Program-made: the position numbers and the translations under genes
In this document: positions 1 through 10,839 of the stretch, one piece after another
Layout: every line of letters begins with the position of its first letter
How positions within the stretch are numbered: position 1 is the first letter of the stretch
Notes under the pieces: model-generated
What the model was told of the DNA's origin: nothing
Database searches by the model: none
The model's input: the letters and a program-made list of their open reading frames with translations, nothing else
Assembly: GCF_006345805.1 (NCBI RefSeq)
Contig: NW_021836018.1
Coordinates: forward strand, 1-27,044
Direction: 5' to 3'
Length of the DNA stretch: 27,044 nucleotides
Source: Octopus sinensis
Lineage: Eukaryota

Positions 1-232
1 AACGCGCGTGTAGACACACACACACGCACATATATATACATACAAACATCTGTATGTTAGGAGCTCAAAATGGAAACGTTGCGAATTGTGAAGCACTAAA
101 GATCGACTAATCAGCTGGATAAATAATTAGCCAGCTAATTAACAATAAAGAAGTGATACTGAATCAGTGTGTGTGTTGTTATTATTTTACAACTGGCCTT
201 GCTATCTTTAACCTCATGCTGAGACATATAAT

Positions 233-407
233 TATTTCTTTATTGCCCACAGGGGGCTAATCATAAAGGGGACAAACAAAGGAATTAAGTCGATTACATC
301 GACCCTCAGTGCGTAACTGGTACTTATTTAATCGACCCCAAAAAGATGAACGGCAAAGTCGACCTCGGCGGAATTTGAACTCAGAATGTAACGGCAGACG
401 AAATACC
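233..407 (-). mobile_element. tRNA-derived SINE family A (Octopus OR-type; Meta-like central domain), 5'-truncated copy
   Basis: Reverse complement reads GGTATTTCGTCTGCCGTTACATTCTGAGTTCAAATTCCGCCGAGGTCGACTTTGCC...GGGGTCGATTAAATAAGTACCAG...AATAAAGAAATA. It has a B-box and is near-identical to the copies at 408-639 and 4367-4601. Family naming is from memory. Confidence 0.9.
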
Positions 408-639
408 TATTTCTTTACTACCCACAAGGGGCTAAACACAGAGAGGACAAACAAGGACAGACAAAGGGATTAAGTCGATTATATCGACCCCAGTGCGTAA
501 CTGGTACTTGTTTAATCGACCCCGAAAGGATGAAAGGCAAAAGTCGGCCTCGGCGGAATTTGAACTCAGAACGTAACGGCAGACGAAATACTGCTAAGCA
601 TTTCGCCCAGCCTGCTAACGATTCTGCCAGCCCACCACG
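408..639 (-). mobile_element. tRNA-derived SINE family A, full-length copy
   Basis: On the minus strand: A-box-like TGGCAGAATCGTTAG, B-box GAGTTCAAATTCC and an AAAGAAATA tail. Collinear with 4367-4601. Confidence 0.92.
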
Positions 640-936
640 CTCATTCACATATAAAGAAAAGAGAAACAACAGACAAGATGACTCTTGGACTATTATATAA
701 TTTCAGAAATATATGGAGCGTCATTTATCCTTGATTTTAATACTTCACGTGTAAAGACATTAGAACTCAACGGAAGTGAACAACGATCATTATCTACTCT
801 TCAGTACCTGATATCTGAACATAATCTTATACATAAAGCTATGTATAAGATATACACAGGCACACATATGAAATACACACACACACACACACACACACCA
901 CACATACATATATATATATACTTATATATATATATA

Positions 937-1209
937 CTTTTATTCTTTCACTTGTTTCAATCATTTGACTGCGACCATGCTGGAGAACCGCCTTCAGTCG
1001 AACAAATCGACCACGGGACTTATTCTTTGTAAGCATAGTACTTATTCCATCGATCTCTTTGCAGAATCGCTAAGTTACGGGCACGTAAACACACCAACAT
1101 CGGTAGTCAAGCGATGGTGGTGGGACAAACACAAACACACACACAAATATAAACATTTATATATATACTTTGATACTTTGATAGGTTTCGGCCATTATTG
1201 GCCCAGGCC

Positions 1210-1250
<41 letters not shown>

Positions 1251-1318
1251 TATAGTGGAACTGAACCCGGAACCATGAGGCTGGGAAGCAAGCTTACCAC
1301 ACAGTCACTCCTACGCCT
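937..1318 (-). mobile_element. tRNA-derived CORE-type SINE family B (OR2-like), internally deleted
   Basis: Head AGGCGTAGGAGTGACTGTGTGGTAAG...GGTTCAGTTCC and 3' tail GGTTCTCCAGCATGGTCGCAGTCAAATGATTGAAACAAG on the minus strand, with a central microsatellite. Homologous to 18367-18883. Confidence 0.88.
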
Positions 1319-1572
1319 AATATGTACATTATATGATATATAATACACTAACACACACGCCCGCCCACACTAACACACAAAATACGACAAAAGTGCATTT
1401 TAAGGCTACAAACAGCTTCACATGTTATGACAATTGTACGGTTCACAAATTTCGTGCATTAAAGTTATAAGTACTTTAAAGTTAGTCCTGTGAAATCGGT
1501 GAATAGAAGCTATGATGTTAGTGACCATAGAAGTATCTTAAAGTTTCTTGTTAACGTATACGTATAATTCAC

Positions 1573-1887
<315 letters not shown>

Positions 1888-2273
1888 CTTTTATCTTTTA
1901 CATGTTTCAGTCATTAAACAGCGGCCATGCTGGGGCACCACCTTGAAGAATTTTTAGTCGAATGAATCGACCCCAGCACTTGTTTTTTTTTTTTTGTGTG
2001 TTTAAACCTGGTACGTATTTTATCGGTCTGTCTTGCAGAACCGCTAAGTTACGGAGACGTAAGCACACCAAAGCTGGTTCTCAGGCGGTGGTGGGGACAA
2101 ATACAGACTCAAAGACATACACACACACACATGATGAACTTCTTTCTGTTTCCGTCTACCAAATCCACTAACAACGCACTTGCCCAAAGTGCCATGTACT
2201 GGAACTGAACCCGGACCATGTGGTTAGGAAGGAAATTTCTTCGCCCTCCCCCCCACACAGCTACGCCTGCACC
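1888..2273 (-). mobile_element. SINE family B copy
   Basis: Same tail, body and head blocks as 18367-18883 (GCGGCCATGCTGGGGCACC; GAACCGCTAAGTTACGG; CTTGCCCAAAGTGCC; CTGAACCCGG). Confidence 0.88.
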
Positions 2274-2283
2274 ACACTCTCTC

Positions 2284-2627
2284 TGGCTCTGCGGTAAAAA
2301 AGGTTGCTTTCCAACCACGTGTTTCCAGGTTCAGTCCCACTGCGTGAAACCTTGGGCAAGTGTCTTCTACTATAGCTTTGAGCCGACTAAAGCATTATGA
2401 GTGGTTTTGGTAGACGGAAACTGAAAGAAGCCCGTCGTATTATATATATATATAGTGTGTGTGTGTGTGTGTGCGTGTGTATGTGTGTGTGTGCGTGTGT
2501 GTATGTGTGCGTCTGTTTTTGTCCTTTCACCATCGCTTGACAACCGATGTTAGTGTGTTTACGTCCCCGTAACCTAGCAGTTCGACAAAAGAGGCCAATA
2601 AAGTACTCGGCTTACAAAGAATAAGTA
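2284..2627 (+). mobile_element. SINE family B copy, 3'-truncated, head-to-head with 1888-2273
   Basis: TGGCTCTGCGGTAA (A-box), GGTTCAGTCCC (B-box), CORE-like ACCTTGGGCAAGTGTCTT, central (TA)/(GT)n, then ATCGCTTGACAACCGATG. Confidence 0.9.
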
Positions 2628-2644
2628 TTGATCAGTTCGGGCTG

Positions 2645-2746
2645 ATAGAAGAGCATACACAGCTCAAGGTGCCGTGCAGTATGACTGAACTCGGAGCCAT
2701 GTGGGTGTAATGAGCAAGCTTCTAAACCACACGGCCATGTCTGCAC
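2645..2746 (-). mobile_element. SINE family B head fragment
   Basis: CAAGGTGCCGTGCAGTATGACTGAACTCGGAGCCATGTGG matches the head of the other family B copies. Confidence 0.75.
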
Positions 2747-2837
2747 TGTGGTGTGTGTGTACTTGTATCTTTCATGAAATATTCTATTGCTCGCCGATTT
2801 TCTTCATTTCTGAAAATCCGTCAATCCGTCACCATCT

Positions 2838-3038
2838 TCACCGCCGCCGCCACCACCACCACCACCACCACCACCACCACAACTACTCAACCACTACTTC
2901 ACCAACATAACAACAGCAGCAAACTGTTGCTGCTACTACTACTACTAACTACCACTGCTGCTACTGCTGCTGCTACTACTGTAACTACTACTACTACTAC
3001 TACAACAACAACAACTACTGCTGCTGCTGCTGCTGCTG

Positions 3039-3090
<52 letters not shown>
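2838..3090. repeat. Compound trinucleotide microsatellite (CAC/CAA/CTA/CTG)n
   Basis: Direct inspection; source of the poly-T/A/V/S ORFs in the track. Confidence 0.97.
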
Positions 3091-3092
<2 letters not shown>

Positions 3093-3596
3093 GAGTTCTT
3101 TTGCTCATTCCGCGAATAATTATTTCTGCTTTTGGCGGCTGGCCAGACATTTGTAAGGTATGAATAAAGATTATACATACATATATATATATACACACAC
3201 ACACGCACACACATATATATGTACACACACACACATATATATATACATAGTCACACATACCACACATACACATATATGCGTGTGTGTATGTGTGTGCGTG
3301 CGTATAATCACGATATATATATATAATTATATATATATATATATATATATATACACGTACTTGGCCCCTGGAGAGGTGAAAAAGGAGATTAATCTTGATG
3401 GGATCTGAACTTAGTGGTACGTAAATTAAAGTAATGAGAGACTGAAGACTAGAGGGAGAATGTTATAATGGTACTCAAAAGTTTACTACAATTTTTGAGT
3501 TTCTTGCTTTGGGCCCTCAATTCCTAGTCGGGGTCATTGGTGGAGTGCTGTCACGATGTGCGACAGTGTTTTGCTCATCTGCATTGGCACAAAACC

Positions 3597-3775
3597 AGAA
3601 ATTTAGGGCAAAATGGAACAGTTGATTAAACGGACTCCAGTATATAACTGGTACTTTATTTCATGGACGTCGGAAGAATAAAAACACGTTTTTGACGGCG
3701 TTAGGGTTTGAACTCGAAACGTAAAGTTCCGTGACGAAATACAGCGGCGCATTTTCATTTTCGAACAATTTTGCT
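3597..3775 (-). mobile_element. Old, diverged SINE family A copy
   Basis: AACTGGTACTTTATT...GGGTTTGAACTCGAAACGTAAAG...GACGAAATAC aligns to the family A blocks. Confidence 0.7.
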
Positions 3776-4063
3776 GTAGGAACAATGTTTTTCGTCCTTT
3801 GCCTTTCAAATTTCCGTCGTTTCACTCATTGGACTGCGGCCATGCTGGGGCATCACCTTGAAGGAGTTTAGTCGAAAAAGACCGACCTCGGTACTTATTT
3901 TATCATTCACTTTTGCTGAACCGCTCGGGTTCGGAGACAGAGAAACCAGCACAGGTCATCAAGAGGTGGTGATGGTGGTGATGCGGACAAGTGCAAACAC
4001 AAAGTTACTCACACACACACACACACACATACACACATGTTTATATATATATATATATATATA

Positions 4064-4277
4064 CGTGGGAGGGCTGGAAAGTTCCTGGCTACGGGTAAAT
4101 GAAAATACAGGTGGATCAGTTAATTATGGCTTTATTCAACATATTTTCCTCTCAGAGTCATACACTTATTGCAGCAGTCCTTCAGGTTTTGTAAGCCCCG
4201 TAGAAGAAATCGGAAGTTTCAGCCTCCAACCAGGCCTTTCGCGACACCCTTAAAGTCAGAAACTTTTCAGCCCCTCT
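4064..4277 (-). mobile_element. Mariner-derived MITE (~215 bp), copy 1
   Basis: Imperfect TIRs CGTGGGAGGGCTGGAAAGTTCCTGGCT / AGTCAGAAACTTTTCAGCCCCTCT with TA on both sides. The interior matches the mariner transposase C-terminus (GLEKLKDRCxKCVNLRGEYVE* as read in copy 3). Confidence 0.85.
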
Positions 4278-4366
4278 TATGTGTGTGTATATACATACAT
4301 ACGTAATACACACACACACCACATAAATAGATAGATATAGACATACAGCGTGTTTCCACACAGTTT

Positions 4367-4601
4367 TTTTATTTCTTTATTGCCCACAAGGGCCAAAACA
4401 TAGAGAGGACAAACAAGGACAAACAAAGGTATTAAGTCGATTATATCGACCCCAGTGCGTAACTGGTACTAAATTTATCGACCCCGAAAGGACGAAAGGC
4501 AAAGTCGACGTCGGCGGAATTTGAACTCAGAACGTACCGGTAGACGAAATACCGCTAAGCATTTCGCCCGGCGCGCTAACGTTTCTGCCAGCTCGCCGCC
4601 T
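4367..4601 (-). mobile_element. SINE family A, full-length, with 14-bp TSD
   Basis: Complete GGCGGCGAGCTGGCAGAAACGTTAG head to tail. TSD TTTCCACACAGTTT at 4353-4366 and 4602-4615. Confidence 0.95.
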
Positions 4602-4789
4602 TTTCCACACAGTTTCTGTCCACGAAAAGCATTCACAAAGCATTGGTCGGCCCAAGGTTATAAAAGACATTTTCCCAAGGTACTGTGCAGTGGGACTGAA
4701 CCCGATACCATGTGGTTGTAAAACGAGCTTCTATCTATGATATACCGATTGGGCACTAATCTGGGCACAAAACTAAAGTTGTTATAAAT

Positions 4790-4880
4790 TTTTGGTGAAC
4801 CCCACCCCTGACCCCGAAAGGGTGAATCGCAAAATATACAACGTCGGGATTTGAACTCAGAATGTAAGATAACACGAAAC
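4790..4880 (-). mobile_element. SINE family A fragment
   Basis: GACCCCGAAAGGGTGAA...GGGATTTGAACTCAGAATGTAAG. Confidence 0.65.
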
Positions 4881-5258
4881 GTTTCCAGATCAGAGATTAA
4901 ACAAATATTTAGGTGACTTATATACACCGTGAAGAAAAACAGCTCAAGATACGTTCTGGGTGAGAGGTGTGTCTACATGGAAATGTATGTATATTCGATA
5001 ATATATGTGAAGGAGAAATATGTTGATACACAGTGTGTGTGTGTGGTGTGTGTGTACGTACATATGTGCGTATATATTTATATAGCCTTTTATGTTATAT
5101 TTAATGAGATCGCACACCTAAATCCAAAGCTATGCTCATTATATATACACACACATATATACACACATATTTACTACCCAGCGATATACATTCATATACA
5201 TAGGTATGTATGTAGTATGATTATACATATGCATATAGATACAGGAATGTATTATATA

Positions 5259-5310
<52 letters not shown>

Positions 5311-5312
5311 CA

Positions 5313-5345
<33 letters not shown>

Positions 5346-5542
5346 CATAATATATATGTGTAAATATTTATGTGTATATATTTATGCTGATTTCAACACA
5401 CACAGGCAAATATATGTGCATGCATTCATACACACGTACATATACCTGTGCATACATACAAACATATATACATACACACACACACACACCACACACACAA
5501 CACACACACATATATTATATATATAATATATATACGTATGTG

Positions 5543-5585
<43 letters not shown>

Positions 5586-5602
5586 GTATATATGTATATA
5601 TA

Positions 5603-5666
5603 TATATACATATAATTATTTATAATATGTGTATATACATATATATGTACATGTAATATATATATA

Positions 5667-5715
<49 letters not shown>

Positions 5716-6400
5716 ATACATATACATACACATATATATATACATGTGTGTGAGGCCATAAATATGAATGCATATGTGTGACGTATCTATTCTCACATGC
5801 GCGCGCAGACTTATCTAGGTATGGATGTATGCAATTGTGTGTGTGTGTGTGTGTGTGGAGTGTGTGTGTGTGTTGTGTGTGTGTATCCAAGTGCGCCTCT
5901 GCAAGAATATAAATAAGATGTTCGTGGTGCGGGTATGTGAGTGTGTGTTAGTGTACCGGGTACATTCCTCTGTCTTCAGTATCGGTTAGCAATCACTATA
6001 CTTAGCTCTAGAAATCCAGCTTACCTATTGGCAATATGTCAGCTATGACGTACAAACGCACACGTGTGTGCACTTGTATGAGCTTCCACACACACTCACA
6101 CATACACACTAACATACACGCACGCACGCACGCGCATACACACACACACACACACGAGTACGTAGGCATACAACACAAACACAGGTATACGCAACCAGCA
6201 CGCGAAAACCCATCAATCATACACGCGTCACAAATATTCTCTGTACACATATAGACGCACTCATACGCCTCCATCCCGTCCACTAGCCTATCCATCCATG
6301 CCTCCTTCTATCCATTCACACACACACACGTATATATTTATTTATATATATGCATATACATACATGCGTACATACATGCATACATACATGTATATATATA

Positions 6401-6441
<41 letters not shown>

Positions 6442-6445
6442 TATA

Positions 6446-6485
<40 letters not shown>

Positions 6486-6777
6486 CATGTATATATACGC
6501 ATATATATATGTGTGTGTAAAGATGTATGATATATATATATATATATACACGTATATATATTATATATTTGTATATAGATACAAAAGCATACATATATAT
6601 ATGTTTACATTATATATACTATATTTACACATACACACACACACTCACACTCAGCACACACACATACACACATATGTATATATATATATACGTATGCACA
6701 CACACGCATATATATATGTATGTTTATATATACATATACATATAATATATATGTGTATATACATATATATGTACATG

Positions 6778-6821
<44 letters not shown>

Positions 6822-6985
6822 TATATATATTATATATATAATACATATACAACACATAAATACCAAATATATATACATGTGTGTGAGGCCATAAATATGA
6901 ATGCATATGTGTGACGTATCTATTCTCACATGCGCGCGCAGACTTATCTAGGTATGGATGTATGCAATTGTGGTTGTGTGTGTGT

Positions 6986-7023
<38 letters not shown>

Positions 7024-7564
7024 CCAAGGCGCCTCTGCAAGAATATAAATAAGATGTTCGTGGTGCGGTATGTGAGGTGTGTTAGTGTACCGGGTACATT
7101 CCTCTGTCTTCAGTATCGGTTAGCAATCACTATACTTAGCTCTAGAAATCCAGCTTACCTATTGGCAATATGTCAGCTATGACGTACAAACACACGTGTG
7201 TGCACTTGTATGAGCTTCCACACACATCACACATACACACTAACATACCCGCACGCACGCACGCGCATACACACACACACACACACGATTACGTAGGCAT
7301 ACAACACAAACACGGTATACGCAACCAGCACGCGAAAACCCCAATCAATCATACACGCGTCACAAATATTCTCTGTACACATATAGACGCACTCATACGC
7401 CTCCATCCCGTCCACTAGCCTATCCATCCATGCCTCCTTCTATCCATTCACACACACCACACGTATATATTTATTTATTATATGCATATACATACATGCG
7501 TACATACATGCATACATACATGTATATATATATATATATTATATATATATATATAATATATATA

Positions 7565-7617
<53 letters not shown>

Positions 7618-7876
7618 CATGTATATATACGCATATATATATGTGTGTGTAAAGATGTATGATATATATATATATATACACGTATATTATTATATATTTG
7701 TATATAGATACAAAAGCATACATATATATATGTTTACATTTATATATACATATATTTACACATACACACACACACTCACACTCAGCACACACACATACAC
7801 ACATATGTATATATATATATATACGTATGCACACACACGCATATATATATGTATGTTTATATATACATATACATAT
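5603..7876. repeat. Tandem duplication, two copies of a ~1.13-kb microsatellite-rich unit (~5603-6742, ~6743-7876)
   Basis: Unique blocks recur at offsets of ~1124-1137: GTGAGGCCATAAATATGAATGC (5750/6884), CTATTGGCAATATGTCAG (6025/7159), CTCCATCCCGTCCACTAGCC (6270/7402). Confidence 0.95.
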
Positions 7877-8410
7877 ATATATATATGTATATATACGTAT
7901 ATATATATATGTATATATACACACTCACACGCATGCGCGAACACACACACACACAAACCCATGTATCGTAGCCCTTGAAGGCAGGTTTCAAGGCTTTTGA
8001 TCTATAACCTAGTTCCTGTATATCAAATATTGAATATCCGTTCCATTCATTTAAGGATTTGTCAAAATCCACCCGGGGTGGCTACGGGTGTTTATTCCTC
8101 TAACAGTTATTTCAATGAAACACACCATAAACATTCAGTTATACACAAGACGTGTCTGGCTGCTTGTCTATCTAACAATGTACGTATATGTGTGTGTGCG
8201 TAACTACATATTCACACACACATTTGCATGCATATATATATATACACACACACGTATGTATATACATATATATAACTTTGATAGGTTTCGGCCAGTATAG
8301 GTCCAGGCCATGTCTAACTTAATAGCACCACCTTTCGAAGTCTTGTAGTCATATGGGCCACCATGGCCTACTCTAGTAAAGAGTTATTATTGTTGGAGAG
8401 ACATATATAT

Positions 8411-8760
8411 AAAATGGGACAAGAACGCAAAACATCTGGACAGTTAGGTGATACAAAAATGGGACAACAAAACATTCAGATAGACGATACAAAGAAAACA
8501 AGGACGGGTCATTCGAAGTTTTCTTTCCTCAGTCAAGTACCAGTTTATCTTCGCAATTTCGGCTGATTATACCCGAGATTGCTCCAATCTGGCCAGCCCC
8601 AAGGAAAAACTAAGCTAAGAGCATTAGATTCCTTGGAAGAAAGCAGCGAATGTATACAAAAACAGCGACGGAGAAAAACGAACAATGTTACACAATACAA
8701 TAAAAATAATAACAGGACATAACAACAGGTGTCTTTCGACTAAGGACGAGTTAAATTAAG
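8411..8760. mobile_element. Dispersed ~330-bp repeat, copy 1 (possible Penelope-like remnant)
   Basis: High identity by eye to 25562-25878 (AAAATGGGACAAGAACGC...TCAGTCAAGTACCAG...GGTGTCTTTCGACTAAG). Class assignment is inference. Confidence 0.7.
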
Positions 8761-8849
8761 TTAAATAGTTATATATATATACATATATCAAGGGATGTCA
8801 CACTAACTCACACACACACACACACATACACACACAAACATACACACAC

Positions 8850-8930
8850 ATATATACGACTGGTTTCTTTCAGTTTCTGTCAAATGAATCCATTCGCAAG
8901 GCATCACTCAACTCGGGGTTATAGTAGAAG
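8850..8930 (-). mobile_element. SINE family B body fragment
   Basis: TACGACTGGTTTCTTTCAGTTTC...GGGGTTATAGTAGAAGA. Confidence 0.7.
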
Positions 8931-9379
8931 AGATCAAGCAACCGCAAAAAAGGGTGCAATTATTATGGCAGAGTTAAATACTGCAAGGAAGATTAAAAAG
9001 CTATCAAATAACCACAAAAATGTGATACAGTGAATATGACGAGGTTGAATACAGCGAGGAGGAAAAGGTAGATAGGGACGATGTATTATAAAGCCTCACA
9101 TGCAGTCGCAGACAAAGAGAGGAGAGGTATCAAAATATGTGTAAATAGTTACTGTGATACACGTTTACATACATGTATATGCAGATAAATTATCTCCGGA
9201 CGAATATCGCTGTTAATTTTGTCTTCCATGATGTATTTGCATTAAGTATGATACACAGATGGCTATTGTAACTTAATACTGCTTCTGTTGCACATAGCGA
9301 ATTTTAATTCAGCGTGCCGGCTAAACGCAATATCAGTGATTTTTCAATCATTGGTTTCCTATATTAGTGGCAACGGATT

Positions 9380-10760
9380 TTGTTTTGCACGCGGCTGACA
9401 GCGGTTACATGTTGCAGACGAAGCCCAAAAGAGGCAGAAATTCACAGAGGCAAAAATGCAGATCTATCATTCATACCACTGCTGTTGGACGATTTTTGTC
9501 TGCTACTGATGTATCTTTTCTTCTTTAACACAGTACGACCGCAAGCGGTATTTTCTCCGGGCGAATGCTTCAGTTAATTTGTGTTGCACCTGTGTGTTTT
9601 CTTTTTGTTGAGGTGGGCGTGGGCGATTGATGGTGATGGAGGGGAGTGAACATTTGTGTTTGGTGTGGGTGTGGTCTTGGTGATGCAGCGTAATTGTGTT
9701 TGCTTAGAGGGCGTGTAACATTTAAAAAAAATTATTTTCCTGTTTGGTTTTCTTAAATTGTTCCTCCACCTCGCAAGAAAGGTTTCCAGCTTGTAATGGA
9801 CCCAGTGCAGGTGAGGTTGGGGATCGGGTGTTTTCGTATGTGTTTATGTTTATGTTCGAAAGCGGAGCAGAAAGGAAGAATGAGGGAGGGGGAAAGATAG
9901 ACTGAGTAATAGAGAGAGGGAGAGTAAGAAAGATGGGGAGAGTAAGGGGGAGAGGGAGTTGGGTTGGAAGTTTTCTTGGATGGTGGGTTTTGGTCTTGTT
10001 ATTGACGTTGCTGCTGTTGCTGGTCTTGCTGATGATGGTACTGGTGCTGTTGTTGTCATAGCTGCAGCTGCAATTGCTGCTGCTACTGTTACTGCTATCC
10101 ATGCTGTTGTTATTGGGGCTACTGTGCCAACAGCAATGGAGCGGGATCTTATACCCTGTATTGTATTGAGGAGAGAGGGCTCCTAAGTGCTCTTTAGCAC
10201 TATACAAATGCACCTTGACCTGCTGCCCTCTACCGCAACGTCCTAATCCACTATACTGGAGCAAGTGGGTAATGTCAGGGATCTTTACTACAACCCTGCT
10301 TTGATTTATAAAAGGATTTTTGCTTTGGTTCTCTATTGTAGATCCAGAGAAAAATTCTTTCTTGGTTCGTTTTAGTCAAGAAATGTATCACTGCCCTCTA
10401 GGACAACTCAAGCGAAGATCCACCAGATGTGGAACCCTTACGCCCTTCTTTCTAAATATATTGGGTGACTGCGAGTTCCCTATCGTGATGGGAATAGTGG
10501 AGTGCCGCAATGTGGAGTCTTTGCATTTCAAAAAGACCTGCACACTGTCGAACTGCTTTGCTCTGGGTACATATTCTATATCTGCCCATATTTTCTCGAT
10601 AGTGATTTCCACCTCAGTGCGCGGTGCTGCCTCTAGGTGCCGGATTTTTGTCGACGTAGCGACACAGCACTGTTTTCTGGACAGTAAGTAGGGGTCCTTA
10701 TTTAACGAAATACTCGAAAGAAAAAAGCAATGTATTTTTTCCAAGAACTAATCTTTTAGG
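9380..10760 (-). pseudogene. Decayed non-LTR retrotransposon ORF1 (gag-like, CCHC zinc knuckle); no ORF2 seen
   Basis: The ORF at 10388-10744 (EAAPRTEVEITIEKIWADIEYVPRAKQFDSVQVFLK) is followed, across stops and frameshifts, by DVAVEGSRSRC plus the knuckle relic C..C-SAKEH-LGAL(S)P at ~10165-10240, a Thr/Ala/Pro-rich linker, and a coding-like tail ending CNRC near 9400. The VEG...CX2CX4HX4C layout is typical of LINE ORF1. Confidence 0.65.
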
Positions 10761-10796
10761 GGCTAAAGCGAAACACATCTAGCATATGATGATGAT

Positions 10797-10838
<42 letters not shown>

Positions 10839-10839
<1 letters not shown>

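Larger units (their letters stand above)
3815..4733 (-). mobile_element. SINE family B host copy interrupted by a mariner MITE and a family A SINE
   Basis: Tail at ~3815-4010, microsatellite, then body and head resume at 4602-4733 (CAAAGCATTGGTCGGCCCAAGG...GGGACTGAACCCG). Confidence 0.8.

Noticed and set aside
408-639. tRNA-like A/B boxes here and in other SINE heads as tRNA genes
   Set aside because: No complete cloverleaf; each continues into a SINE body and tail.
685-1032. 115-aa ORF with a non-repetitive first ~55 aa (EIYGASFILDFNTSRVKTLE...)
   Set aside because: No recognisable domain and no clear splice donor; it runs into a microsatellite and a SINE.
1175-1209. ACTTTGATAGGTTTCGGCCA...GGCC, repeated at 8275-8314; minus strand GGCC..GGCC-GAAAC resembles hammerhead stem II
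   Set aside because: The upstream core reads TTAGACA rather than CUGANGA, and there is no valid stem III; at most a small dispersed repeat fragment.
3094-3157. Possible plus-strand exon (TAG|...AAG|GTATGA; VLLLIPRIIISAFGGWPDICK)
   Set aside because: The acceptor is just the end of a (CTA)n repeat with no proper polypyrimidine tract, and the peptide is unrecognised.
8495-8610. Hammerhead in the dispersed repeat (CUGAGGA-AAG/CUU-CGAAU and CAGCC-GAAA-UUG..UAAUC on the minus strand; also 25615-25715)
   Set aside because: Neither the type I nor the type II arrangement closes: A15.1 is U in one, and stems I/II do not pair in the other.
8960-9095. Acidic frame YSEYDEVEYSEEEKVDRDDVL* resembling a transposase N-terminus
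   Set aside because: Too short, frameshifted from the upstream ATG, and no TIR or downstream catalytic domain.
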